Assembly (NCBI GenBank): GCA_964057225.1
Contig: OZ059897.1
Coordinates: 558,001 to 622,000 of the forward strand
Length of the DNA stretch: 64,000 nucleotides
Direction of reading: 5' to 3'
Origin: Auanema rhodensis
Lineage: Eukaryota > Animalia > Nematoda
Part shown: positions 1 to 11,000 of the stretch, in pieces
Numbering within the stretch: the stretch's first letter is position 1
Layout: every line of letters starts with the position of its first letter
Position numbers and translations under genes: made by a program
Notes under the pieces: generated by a model
What the model was told of the DNA's origin: nothing
Databases searched by the model: none
Seen by the model: only the letters and a program-made list of their open reading frames with translations

Positions 1-4
1 AAAC

Positions 5-39
5 ATTTTGACAAAAATTTTTTCGAAAAATTTCAAAAT
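5..39. other. Imperfect dyad centred on the 12-bp palindrome TTTTTCGAAAAA
   Basis: 19-30 is self-complementary. Flanks AAA/TTT (15-17/31-33) and ATTTTG/CAAAAT (5-10/34-39) extend it with bulges. Confidence 0.8.
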
Positions 40-141
40 AATTTAGCGAAAAGTAGATGTTTTTAGATTCCTTTTTTCGAGGCAAAAACGATGGACAATG
101 TTATTCAACGAAAAAATTAATTCTTCAGGGTGAAAATCGAG

Positions 142-163
142 GATATAAGTGTGAACTTATATC
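142..163. other. Perfect 9-bp inverted repeat GATATAAGT-gtga-ACTTATATC, present in every monomer with variants
   Basis: 142-150 is the exact reverse complement of 155-163, with a 4-nt loop GTGA. Function not shown. Confidence 0.9.
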
Positions 164-299
164 AGTTGATATCTCGGTGCATTTTTCAGCTAGCGCAAAT
201 CTGATAACACAGATCGACGCAGCTTAAAAATCCGCATCGAATGCACTATACTACATTAAGAAAAGCTTAATACAAAAATTAGTTATGATCGTTTGAAAA

Positions 300-3200
300 A
301 TGATGCAATAGTGTATGTTGAGTTTCCATGTACACTCAAAATTGCTTCCAAAAACATTTTGACAAAAATTTTTTCGAAAAATTTCAAAATAATTTAGCGA
401 AAAGTAGATGTTTTTAGATTCCTTTTTTCGAGGCAAAAACGATGGACAATGTTATTCAACGAAAAAATTAATTCTTCAGGGTGAAAATCGAGGATATAAG
501 TGTGAACTTATATCAGTTGATATCTCGGTGCATTTTTCAGCTAGCGCAAATCTGATAACACAGATCGACGCAGCTTAAAAATCCGCATCGAATGCACTAT
601 ACTACATTAGGAAAAGCTTAATACAAAAATTAGTTATGATCGTTTGAAAAATGATGCATTAGTGTATGTTGAGTTTCCATGTACACTCAAAATTGCTTCC
701 AAAAACATTTTGACAAAAATTTTTTCGAAAAATTTCAAGATAATTTAGCGAAAAGTAGATGTTTTTAGATTCCTTTTTTTGAGGCAAAAACGATGGACAA
801 TGTTATTCAACGAAAAAATTAATTCTTCAGGGTGAAAATCGAGGATATAAGTGTGAACTTATATCAGTTGATATCTCGGTGCATTTTTCAGCTAGCGCAA
901 ATCTGATAACACAGATCGACGCAGCTTAAAAATCCGCATCGAATGCACTATACTACATTAAGAAAAGCTGAATACAAAAATTAGTTATGATCGTTTGAAA
1001 AATGATGCATTAGTGTATGTTGAGTTTCCATGTACACTCAAAACTGCTTCCAAAAACATTTTGACAAAAATTTTTTCGAAAAATTTCAAAATAATTTAGC
1101 GAAAAGTAGATGTTTTTAAATTCCTTTTTTCGAGGCAAAAACGATGGACAATGTTATTCAACGAAAAAATTAATTCTTCAGGGTGAAAATCGAGGATATA
1201 AGTGTGAACCTATATCAGTTGATATCTCGGCGCATTTTTAAGCCAGCGCAAATCTGATAACACAGATCGACGCAGCTTAAAAATCCGCATCGAATGCACT
1301 ATACTACATTAAGAAAAGCTGAATACAAAAATTAGTTATGATCGTTTGAAAAATGATGCATTAGTGTATGTTGAGTTTCCATGTACACTCAAAATTGCTT
1401 CCAAAAACATTTTGACAAAAATTTTTTCGAAAAATTTCAAAATAATTTAGCGAAAAGTAGATGTTTTTAGATTCCTTTTTTCGAGGCAAAAACGATGGAC
1501 AATGTTATTCAACGAAAAAATTAATTCTTCAGGGTGAAAATCAAGGATATAGGTGTGAACTTATAGCAGTTGATATCTCGGTGCATTTTTAAGCTAGCGG
1601 AAATCTGATAACACAGATCGACGCAGCTTAAAAATCCGCATCGAATGCACTACACTACATTAAGAAAAGCTTAATACAAAAATTAGTTATGATCGTTTGA
1701 AAAATGATGCAATAGTGTATGTTGAGTTTCCATGTACACTCAAAATTGCTTCCAAAAACATTTTGACAAAAATTTTTTCGAAAAATTTCAAAATAATTTA
1801 GCAAAAAGTAGATGTTTTTAGATTCCTTTTTTCAAGGCAAAAACGATGGACAATGTTAATCAACGAAAAAATTAATTCTTCAGGGTGAAAATCGAGGATA
1901 TAGGTGTGAACTTATATCAGTTGATATCTCGGTGCATTTTTAAGCTAGCGGAAATGTGATAACACAGATCGACGCAGCTTGAAAATCCGCATCGAATGCA
2001 CTATACTACATTAAGAAAAGCTTAATACAAAAATAAGTTATGATCGTTTGAAAAATGATGCAATAGTGTATGTTGAGTTTCCATGTACACTCAAAATTGC
2101 TTCCAAAAACATTTTGACAAAAATTTTTTCGAAAAATTTCAAAATAATTTAGCAAAAAGTAGATGTTTTTAGATTCCTTTTTTCAAGGCAAAAACGATGG
2201 ACAATGTTATTCAACGAAAAAATTAATTCTTCAGGGTGAAAATCGAGGATATAGGTGTGAACTTATATCAGTTGATATCTCGGTGCATTTTTAAGCTAGC
2301 GGAAATCTGATAACACAGATCGACGCAGCTTAAAAATCCGCATCGAATGCACTATACTACATTAAGAAACGCTTAATACAAAAATTAGTTATGATCGTTT
2401 GAAAAATGATGCATTAGTGTATGTTGAGTTTCCATGTACACTCAAAATTGCTTCCAAAAACATTTTGACAAAAATTTTTTCGAAAAATTTCAAAATAATT
2501 TAGCAAAAAGTAGATGTTTTTAGATTCCTTTTTTCAAGGCAAAAACGATGGACAATGTTATTCAACGAAAAAATTAATTCTTCAGGGTGAAAATCGAGGA
2601 TATAGGTGTGAACTTATATCAGTTGATATCTCGGTGCATTTTTAAGCTAGCGGAAATCTGATAACACAGATCGACGCAGCTTGAAAATCCGCATCGAATG
2701 CACTATACTACATTAAGAAAAGCTTAATACAAAAATAAGTTATGATCGTTTGAAAAATGATGCAATAGTGTATGTTGAGTTTCCATGTACACTCAAAATT
2801 GCTTCCAAAAACATTTTGACAAAAATTTTTTCGAAAAATTTCAAAATAATTTAGCAAAAAGTAGATGTTTTTAGATTCCTTTTTTCAAGGCAAAAACGAT
2901 GGACAATGTTATTCAACGAAAAAATTAATTCTTCAGGGTGAAAATCGAGGATATAGGTGTGAACTTATATCAGTTGATATCTCGGTGCATTTTTAAGCTA
3001 GCGGAAATCTGATAACACAGATCGACGCAGCTTAAAAATCCGCATCGAATGCACTATACTACATTAAGAAACGCTTAATACAAAAATTAGTTATGATCGT
3101 TTGAAAAATGATGCATTAGTGTATGTTGAGTTTCCATGTACACTCAAAATTGCTTCCAAAAACATTTTGACAAAAATTTTTTCGAAAAATTTCAAAATAA

Positions 3201-4700
3201 TTTAGCAAAAAGTAGATGTTTTTAGATTCCTTTTTTCAAGGCAAAAACGATGGACAATGTTATTCAACGAAAAAATTAATTCTTCAGGGTGAAAATCGAG
3301 GATATAGGTGTGAACTTATATCAGTTGATATCTCGGTGCATTTTTAAGCTAGCGGAAATCTGATAACACAGATCGACGCAGCTTAAAAATCCGCATCGAA
3401 TGCACTATACTACATTGAGAAACGCTTAATACAAAAATTAGTTATGATCGTTTGAAAAATGATGCAATAGTGTATGTTGAGTTTCCATGTACACTCAAAA
3501 TTGCTTCCAAAAACATTTTGACAAAAATTTTTTCGAAAAATTTCAAAATAATTTAGCGAAAAGTAGATGTTTTTAGATTCCTTTTTTCGAGGCAAAAACG
3601 ATGGACAATGTTATTCAACGAAAAAATTAATTCTTCAGGGTGAAAATCGAGGATATAAGTGTGAACTTATATCAGTTGATATCTCGGTGCATTTTTCAGC
3701 TAGCGCAAATCTGATAACACAGATCGACGCAGCTTAAAAATCCGCATCGAATGCACTATACTACATTAGGAAAAGCTTAATACAAAAATTAGTTATGATC
3801 GTTTGAAAAATGATGCATTAGTGTATGTTGAGTTTCCATGTACACTCAAAATTGCTTCCAAAAACATTTTGACAAAAATTTTTTCGAAAAATTTCAAGAT
3901 AATTTAGCGAAAAGTAGATGTTTTTAGATTCCTTTTTTCGAGGCAAAAACGATGGACAATGTTATTCAACGAAAAAATTAATTCTTCAGGGTGAAAATCG
4001 AGGATATAAGTGTGAACTTATATCAGTTGATATCTCGGTGCATTTTTCAGCTAGCGCAAATCTGATAACACAGATCGACGCAGCTTAAAAATCCGCATCG
4101 AATGCACTATACTACATTAAGAAAAGCTGAATACAAAAATTAGTTATGATCGTTTGAAAAATGATGCATTAGTGTATGTTGAGTTTCCATGTACACTCAA
4201 AACTGCTTCCAAAAACATTTTGACAAAAATTTTTTCGAAAAATTTCAAAATAATTTAGCGAAAAGTAGATGTTTTTAAATTCCTTTTTTCGAGGCAAAAA
4301 CGATGGACAATGTTATTCAACGAAAAAATTAATTCTTCAGGGTGAAAATCGAGGATATAAGTGTGAACCTATATCAGTTGATATCTCGGCGCATTTTTAA
4401 GCCAGCGCATATCTGATAACACAGATCGACGCAGCTTAAAAATCCGCATCGAATGCACTATACTACATTAAGAAAAGCTGAATACAAAAATTAGTTATGA
4501 TCGTTTGAAAAATGATGCATTAGTGTATGTTGAGTTTCCATGTACACTCAAAATTGCTTCCAAAAACATTTTGACAAAAATTTTTTCGAAAAATTTCAAA
4601 ATAATTTAGCGAAAAGTAGATGTTTTTAGATTCCTTTTTTCGAGGCAAAAACGATGGACAATGTTATTCAACGAAAAAATTAATTCTTCAGGGTGAAAAT
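300..4700. repeat. Domain A: block of about 3.5 monomers duplicated at 9-monomer spacing, enclosing a 2-mer repeat
   Basis: Rare variants recur at +3159: CATTAGG 610/3769, AAACTGC 1044/4203, and the GAACCT + CTCGGCGC + AGCCAGC cluster at about 1210-1245/4369-4404. GCTTGAAAATCC recurs at 1981/2683 (+702). Confidence 0.88.
315..342. other. Inverted repeat TTGAGT...ACTCAA, extended to 9 bp (ATGTTGAGT/ACTCAACAT) in the common A340C variant
   Basis: 318-323 pairs with 334-339 around a 10-nt loop. Copies reading CTCAACATTG (e.g. near 5254) have the full 9-bp stem. Confidence 0.8.
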
Positions 4701-5049
4701 CGAGGATATAGGTGTGAACTTATATCAGTTGATATCTCGGTGCATTTTTAAGCTAGCGGAAATCTGATAACACAGATCGACGCAGCTTAAAAATCCGCAT
4801 CGAATGCACTATACTACATTAAGAAAAGCTTAATACAAAAATTAGTTATGATCGTTTGAAAAATGATGCAATAGTGTATGTTGAGTTTCCATGTACACTC
4901 AAAATTGCTTCCAAAAACATTTTGACAAAAATTTTTTCGAAAAATTTCAAAATAATTTAGCGAAAAGTAGATGTTTTTAGATTCCTTTTTTCAAGGCAAA
5001 AACGATGGACAATGTTATTCAACGAAAAAATTAATTCTTCAGGGTGAAA

Positions 5050-8000
5050 ATCGAGGATATAAGTGTGAACTTATATCAGTTGATATCTCGGTGCATTTTC
5101 AAGCTAGCGCAAATCTGATAGTACAGATCGACGCAGCTTAATAATCCGCATCGAATGCACTATACTACATTGAGAAACGCTTAATACAAAAACTAGTTAT
5201 GATCGTTTGAAAAATGATGCATTAGTGTATGTTGAGTTTCCATGTACACTCAACATTGCTTCCAAAAACATTTTGACAAAAATTTTTTCGAAAAATTTCA
5301 AAATAATTTAGCAAAAAGTAGATGTTTTTAGATTCCTTTTTTCAAGGCAAAAACGATGGACAATGTTATCCAACGAAAAAATTAATTCTTCAGGGTGAAA
5401 ATCGAGGATATAGGTGTGAACTTATATCAGTTGATATCTCGGTGCATCTTTAAGCTAGCGCAAATCTGATAGTACAGATCGACGCAGCTTAATAATCCGC
5501 ATCGAATGCACTATACTACATTGAGAAACGCTTAATACAAAAACTAGTTATGATCGTTTGAAAAATGATGCATTAGTGTATGTTGAGTTTCCATGTACAC
5601 TCAACATTGCTTCCAAAAACATTTTGACAAAAATTTTTTCGAAATATTTCAAAATAATTTAGCAAAAAGTAGATGTTTTTAGATTTCTTTTTTCGAGGCA
5701 AAAACGATGGACAATGTTATTCAACGAAAAAATTAATTCTTCAGGGTGAAAATCGAGGATATAAGTGTGAATTTATATCAGTTGATATCTCGGTGCATTT
5801 TGAAGCTAGGGGAAATCTGATAACACAAATCGACGCAGCTTAATAATCCGCATCGAATGCACTATACTACATTGAGAAACGCTTAATACAAAAATTAGTT
5901 ATGATCGTTTGAAAAATGATGCATTAGTGTATGTTGAGTTTCCATGTACACTCAACATTGCTTCCAAAAACATTTTGACAAAAATTTTTTCGAAAAATTT
6001 CAAAATAATTTAGCAAAAAGTAGATGTTTTTAGATTCCTTTTTTCAAGGCAAAAACGATGGACAATGTTATCCAACGAAAAAATTAATTCTTCAGGGTGA
6101 AAATCGAGGATATAGGTGTGAACTTATATCAGTTGATATCTCGGTGCATCTTTAAGCTAGCGCAAATCTGATAGTACAGATCGACGCAGCTTAAAAATCC
6201 GCATCGAATGCACTATACTACATTGAGAAACGCTCAATACAAAAATAAGTTATGATCGTTTGAAAAATGATGCATTAGTGTATGTTGAGTTTCCATGTAC
6301 ACTCAAAATTGCTTCCAAAAACATTTTGACAAAAAGTTTTTCGAAAAATTTCAAAATAATTTAGCGAAAAGTAGATGTTTTTAGATTCCTTTTTTCAAGG
6401 CAAAAACGATGGACAATGTAATTCAACGAAAAAATTAATTCTTCAGGGTGAAAATCGAGGATATAAGTGTGAACTTATATCAGTTGATATCTCGGTGCAT
6501 CTTTAAGCTAGCGCAAATCTGATAGTACAGATCGACGCAGCTTAATAATCCGCATCGAATGCACTATACTACATTGAGAAACGCTCAATACAAAAATTAG
6601 TTATGATCGTTTGAAAAATGATGCATTAGTGTATGTTGAGTTTCCATGTACACTCAACATTGCTTCCAAAAACATTTTGACAAAAATTTTTTCGAAAAAT
6701 TTCAAAATAATTTAGCAAAAAGTAGATGTTTTTAGATTCCTTTTTTCAAGGCAAAAACGATGGACAATGTTATTCAACGAAAAAATTAATTCTTCAGGGT
6801 GAAAATCGAGGATATAGGTGTGAACTTATATCAGTTGATATCTCGGTGCATCTTTAAGCTAGCGCAAATCTGATAGTACAGATCGACGCAGCTTAATAAT
6901 CCGCATCGAATGCACTATACTACATTGAGAAACGCTCAATACAAAAATTAGTTATGATCGTTTGAAAAATGATGCATTAGTGTATGTTGAGTTTCCATGT
7001 ACACTCAACATTGCTTCCAAAAACATTTTGACAAAAATTTTTTCGAAAAATTTCAAAATAATTTATCAAAAAGTAGATGTTTTTAGATTCCTTTTTTCAA
7101 GGCAAAAACGATGGACAATGTTATTCAACGAAAAAAGTAATTCTTCAGGGTGAAAATCGAGGATATAAGTGTGAATTTATATCAGTTGATATCTCGGTGC
7201 ATTTTGAAGCTAGGGGAAATCTGATAACACAAATCGACGCAGCTTAATAATCCGCATCGAATGCACTATACTACATTGAGAAACGCTTAATACAAAAATT
7301 AGTTATGATCGTTTGAAAAATGATGCATTAGTGTATGTTGAGTTTCCATGTACACTCAACATTGCTTCCAAAAACATTTTGACAAAAATTTTTTCGAAAA
7401 ATTTCAAAATAATTTAGCAAAAAGTAGATGTTTTTAGATTTCTTTTTTCAAGGCAAAAACGATGGACAATGTTATTCAACGAAAAAAGTAATTCTTCAGG
7501 GTGAAAATCGAGGATATAAGTGTGAATTTATATCAGTTGATATCTCGGTGCATTTTGAAGCTAGGGGAAATCTGATAACACAAATCGACGCAGCTTAATA
7601 ATCCGCATCGAATGCACTATACTACATTGAGAAACGCTTAATACAAAAATTAGTTATGATCGTTTGAAAAATGATGCATTAGTGTATGTTGAGTTTCCAT
7701 GTACACTCAACATTGCTTCCAAAAACATTTTGACAAAAATTTTTTCGAAATATTTCAAAATAATTTAGCAAAAAGTAGATGTTTTTAGATTCCTTTTTTC
7801 AAGGCAAAAACGATGGACAATGTTATTCAACGAAAAAATTAATTCTTCAGGGTGAAAATCGAGGATATAAGTGTGAACTTATATCAGTTGATATCTCGGT
7901 GCATCTTTAAGCTAGCGCAAATCTGATAGTACAGATCGACGCAGCTCAATAATCCGCATCGAATGCACTATACTACATTGAGAAACGCTCAATACAAAAA

Positions 8001-11000
8001 TTAGTTATGATCGTTTGAAAAATGATGCATTAGTGTATGTTGAGTTTCCATGTACACTCAACATTGCTTCCAAAAACATTTTGACAAAAATTTTTTCGAA
8101 ATATTTCAAAATAATTTAGCAAAAAGTAGATGTTTTTAGATTTCTTTTTTCGAGGCAAAAACGATGGACAATGTTATTCAACGAAAAAATTAATTCTTCA
8201 GGGTGAAAATCGAGGATATAAGTGTGAACTTATATCAGATGATATCTAGGTGCATTTTCAAGCTAGCGCAAATCTGATAGTACAGATCGACGCAGCTTAA
8301 AAATCCGCATCGAATGCACTATACTACATTGAGAAACGCTCAATACAAAAATAAGTTATGATCGTTTGAAAAATGATGCAATAGTGTATGTTGAGTTTCC
8401 ATGTACACTCAAAATTGCTTCCAAAAACATTTTGACAAAAATTTTTTCGAAAAATTTCAAAATAATTTAGCGAAAAGTAGATGTTTTTAGATTCCTTTTT
8501 TTGAGGCAAAAACGATGGACAATGTTATTCAACGAAAAAATTAATTCTTCAGGGTGAAAATCGAGGATATAGGTGTGAACTTATATCAGTTGATATCTCG
8601 GTGCATCTTTAAGCTAGCGCAAATCTGATAGTACAGATCGACGCAGCTTAATAATCCGCATCGAATGCACTATACTACATTGAGAAACGCTCAATACAAA
8701 AATAAGTTATGATCGTTTGAAAAATGATGCATTAGTGTATGTTGAGTTTCCATGTACACTCAACATTGCTTCCAAAAACATTTTGACAAAAATTTTTTCG
8801 AAATATTTCAAAATAATTTAGCAAAAAGTAGATGTTTTTAGATTCCTTTTTTCGAGGCAAAAACGATGGACAATGTTATTCAACGAAAAAATTAATTCTT
8901 CAGGGTGAAAATCGAGGATATAAGTGTGAACTTATATCAGATGATATCTAGGTGCATTTTCAAGCTAGCGCAAATCTGATAGTACAGATCGACGCAGCTT
9001 AAAAATCCGCATCGAATGCACTATACTACATTGAGAAACGCTCAATACAAAAATAAGTTATGATCGTTTGAAAAATGATGCATTAGTGTATGTTGAGTTT
9101 CCATGTACACTCAAAATTGCTTCCAAAAACATTTTGACAAAAAGTTTTTCGAAAAATTTCAAAATAATTTAGCGAAAAGTAGATGTTTTTAGATTCCTTT
9201 TTTCAAGGCAAAAACGATGGACAATGTTATTCAACGAAAAAATTAATTCTTCAGGGTGAAAATCGAGGATATAAGTGTGAACTTATATCAGATGATATCT
9301 AGGTGCATTTTTAAGCTAGCGCAAATCTGATAACACAGATCGACGCAGCTTAAAAATCCGCATCGAATGCACTTTACTACATTAAGAAAAGCTTAATACA
9401 AAAATTAGTTATGATCGTTTGAAAAATGATGCATTAGTGTATGTTGAGTTTCCATGTACACTCAACATTGCTTCCAAAAACATTTTGACAAAAATTTTTT
9501 CGAAATATTTCAAAATAATTTAGCAAAAAGTAGATGTTTTTAGATTCCTTTTTTTGAGGCAAAAACGATGGACAATGTTATTCAACGAAAAAATTAATTC
9601 TTCAGGGTGAAAATCGAGGATATAGGTGTGAACTTATATCAGTTGATATCTCGGTGCATCTTTAAGCTAGCGCAAATCTGATAGTACAGATCGACGCAGC
9701 TTAAAAATGCGCATCGAATGCATTATACTACATGGAGAAACGCTCAATACAAAAATTAGTTATGATTGTTTGAAAAATGATGCATTAGTGTATGTTGAGT
9801 TTCCATGTACACTCAACATTGCTTCCAAAAACATTTTGACAAAACTTTTTTCGAAAAATTTCAAAATAATTTCGCAAAAAGTAGATGTTTTTAGATTCCT
9901 TTTTTTGAGGCAAAAACGATGGACAATGTTATTCAACGAAAAAATTAATTCTTCAGGGTGAAAATCGAGGATATAGGTGTGAACTTATATCAGTTGATAT
10001 CTCGGTGCATCTTTAAGCTAGCGCAAATCTGATAGTACAGATCGACGCAGCTTAATAATCCGCATCGAATGCACTATACTACATTGAGAAACGCTTAATA
10101 CAAAAATTAGTTATGATCGTTTGAAAAATGATGCATTAGTGTATGTTGAGTTTCCATGTACACTCAACATTGCTTCCAAAAACATTTTGACAAAAATTTT
10201 TTCGAAATATTTCAAAATAATTTAGCAAAAAGTAGATGTTTTTAGATTCCTTTTTTCGAGGCAAAAACGATGGACAATGTTATTCAACGAAAAAATTAAT
10301 TCTTCAGGGTGAAAATCGAGGATATAGGTGTGAACTTATATCAGTTGATATCTCGGTGCATCTTTAAGCTAGCGCAAATCTGATAGTACAGATCGACGCA
10401 GCTTAATAATCCGCATCGAATGCACTATACTACATTGAGAAACGCTCAATACAAAAATAAGTTATGATCGTTTGAAAAATGATGCATTAGTGTATGTTGA
10501 GTTTCCATGTACACTCAAAATTGCTTCCAAAAACATTTTGACAAAAAGTTTTTCGAAAAATTTCAAAATAATTTAGCGAAAAGTAGATGTTTTTAGATTC
10601 CTTTTTTCAAGGCAAAAACGATGGACAATGTAATTCAACGAAAAAATTAATTCTTCAGGGTGAAAATCGAGGATATAAGTGTGAACTTATATCAGATGAT
10701 ATCTAGGTGCATTTTTAAGCTAGCGCAAATCTGATAACACAGATCGACGCAGCTTAAAAATCCGCATCGAATGCACTATATTACATTGAGAAACGCTCAA
10801 TACAAAAATAAGTTATGATCGTTTGAAAAATGATGCAATAGTGTATGTTGAGTTTCCATGTACACTCAAAATTGCTTCCAAAAACATTTTGACAAAAATT
10901 TTTTCGAAAAATTTCAAGATAATTTAGCGAAAAGTAGATGTTTTTAGATTCCTTTTCTTGAGGCAAAAACGATGGACAATGTTATTCAACGAAAAAATTA

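Larger units (their letters stand above)
1..351. repeat. Reference monomer (phase arbitrary), about 31% GC, rich in A/T tracts, 13 CpG
   Basis: Hand count gives 52 C and 57 G in 351 bp. Single sites per monomer for BstBI (TTCGAA 22-27), EcoRV (GATATC 168-173), NheI (GCTAGC 189-194) and BsrGI (TGTACA 329-334), plus a polymorphic HindIII site (AAGCTT 263-268). Confidence 0.97.

Noticed and set aside
21-92. CENP-B box (NTTCGNNNNANNCGGGN)
   Set aside because: TTCG....A matches at 22 and 76, but the essential CGGG half is absent in both.
157-215. Hammerhead ribozyme like those in newt, schistosome and Dolichopoda satellites
   Set aside because: The closest words are CTGATAA/CTGATAG (+) and CTGATAT (-), not the required CUGANGA, and I could not build the three-stem core. 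An Infernal/Rfam scan would settle it.
1-351. Giant repetitive protein gene (351 = 117 codons)
   Set aside because: The frames I translated contain several stops per monomer, and the ORF track shows nothing longer than 84 aa in any frame.
1-351. Monomer as a diverged dimer of about 175-bp subunits
   Set aside because: Only short AT-rich matches were found (CATTTT at 4/180; TAGCG..AA...GAT at 44/191) with inconsistent offsets of 176 and 147. A self dot-plot is needed.
1-351. Assignment to a known family (Drosophila 1.688 satellite, or tenebrionid satellites of about 350-360 bp)
   Set aside because: Similar length and AT richness only; I do not recognise extended sequence identity, so no name is given without a BLAST search.
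6962-7153. 63-aa plus-strand ORF
   Set aside because: Singleton TAG>TAT change with a TTG start; noted only as context for the 84-codon ORF.
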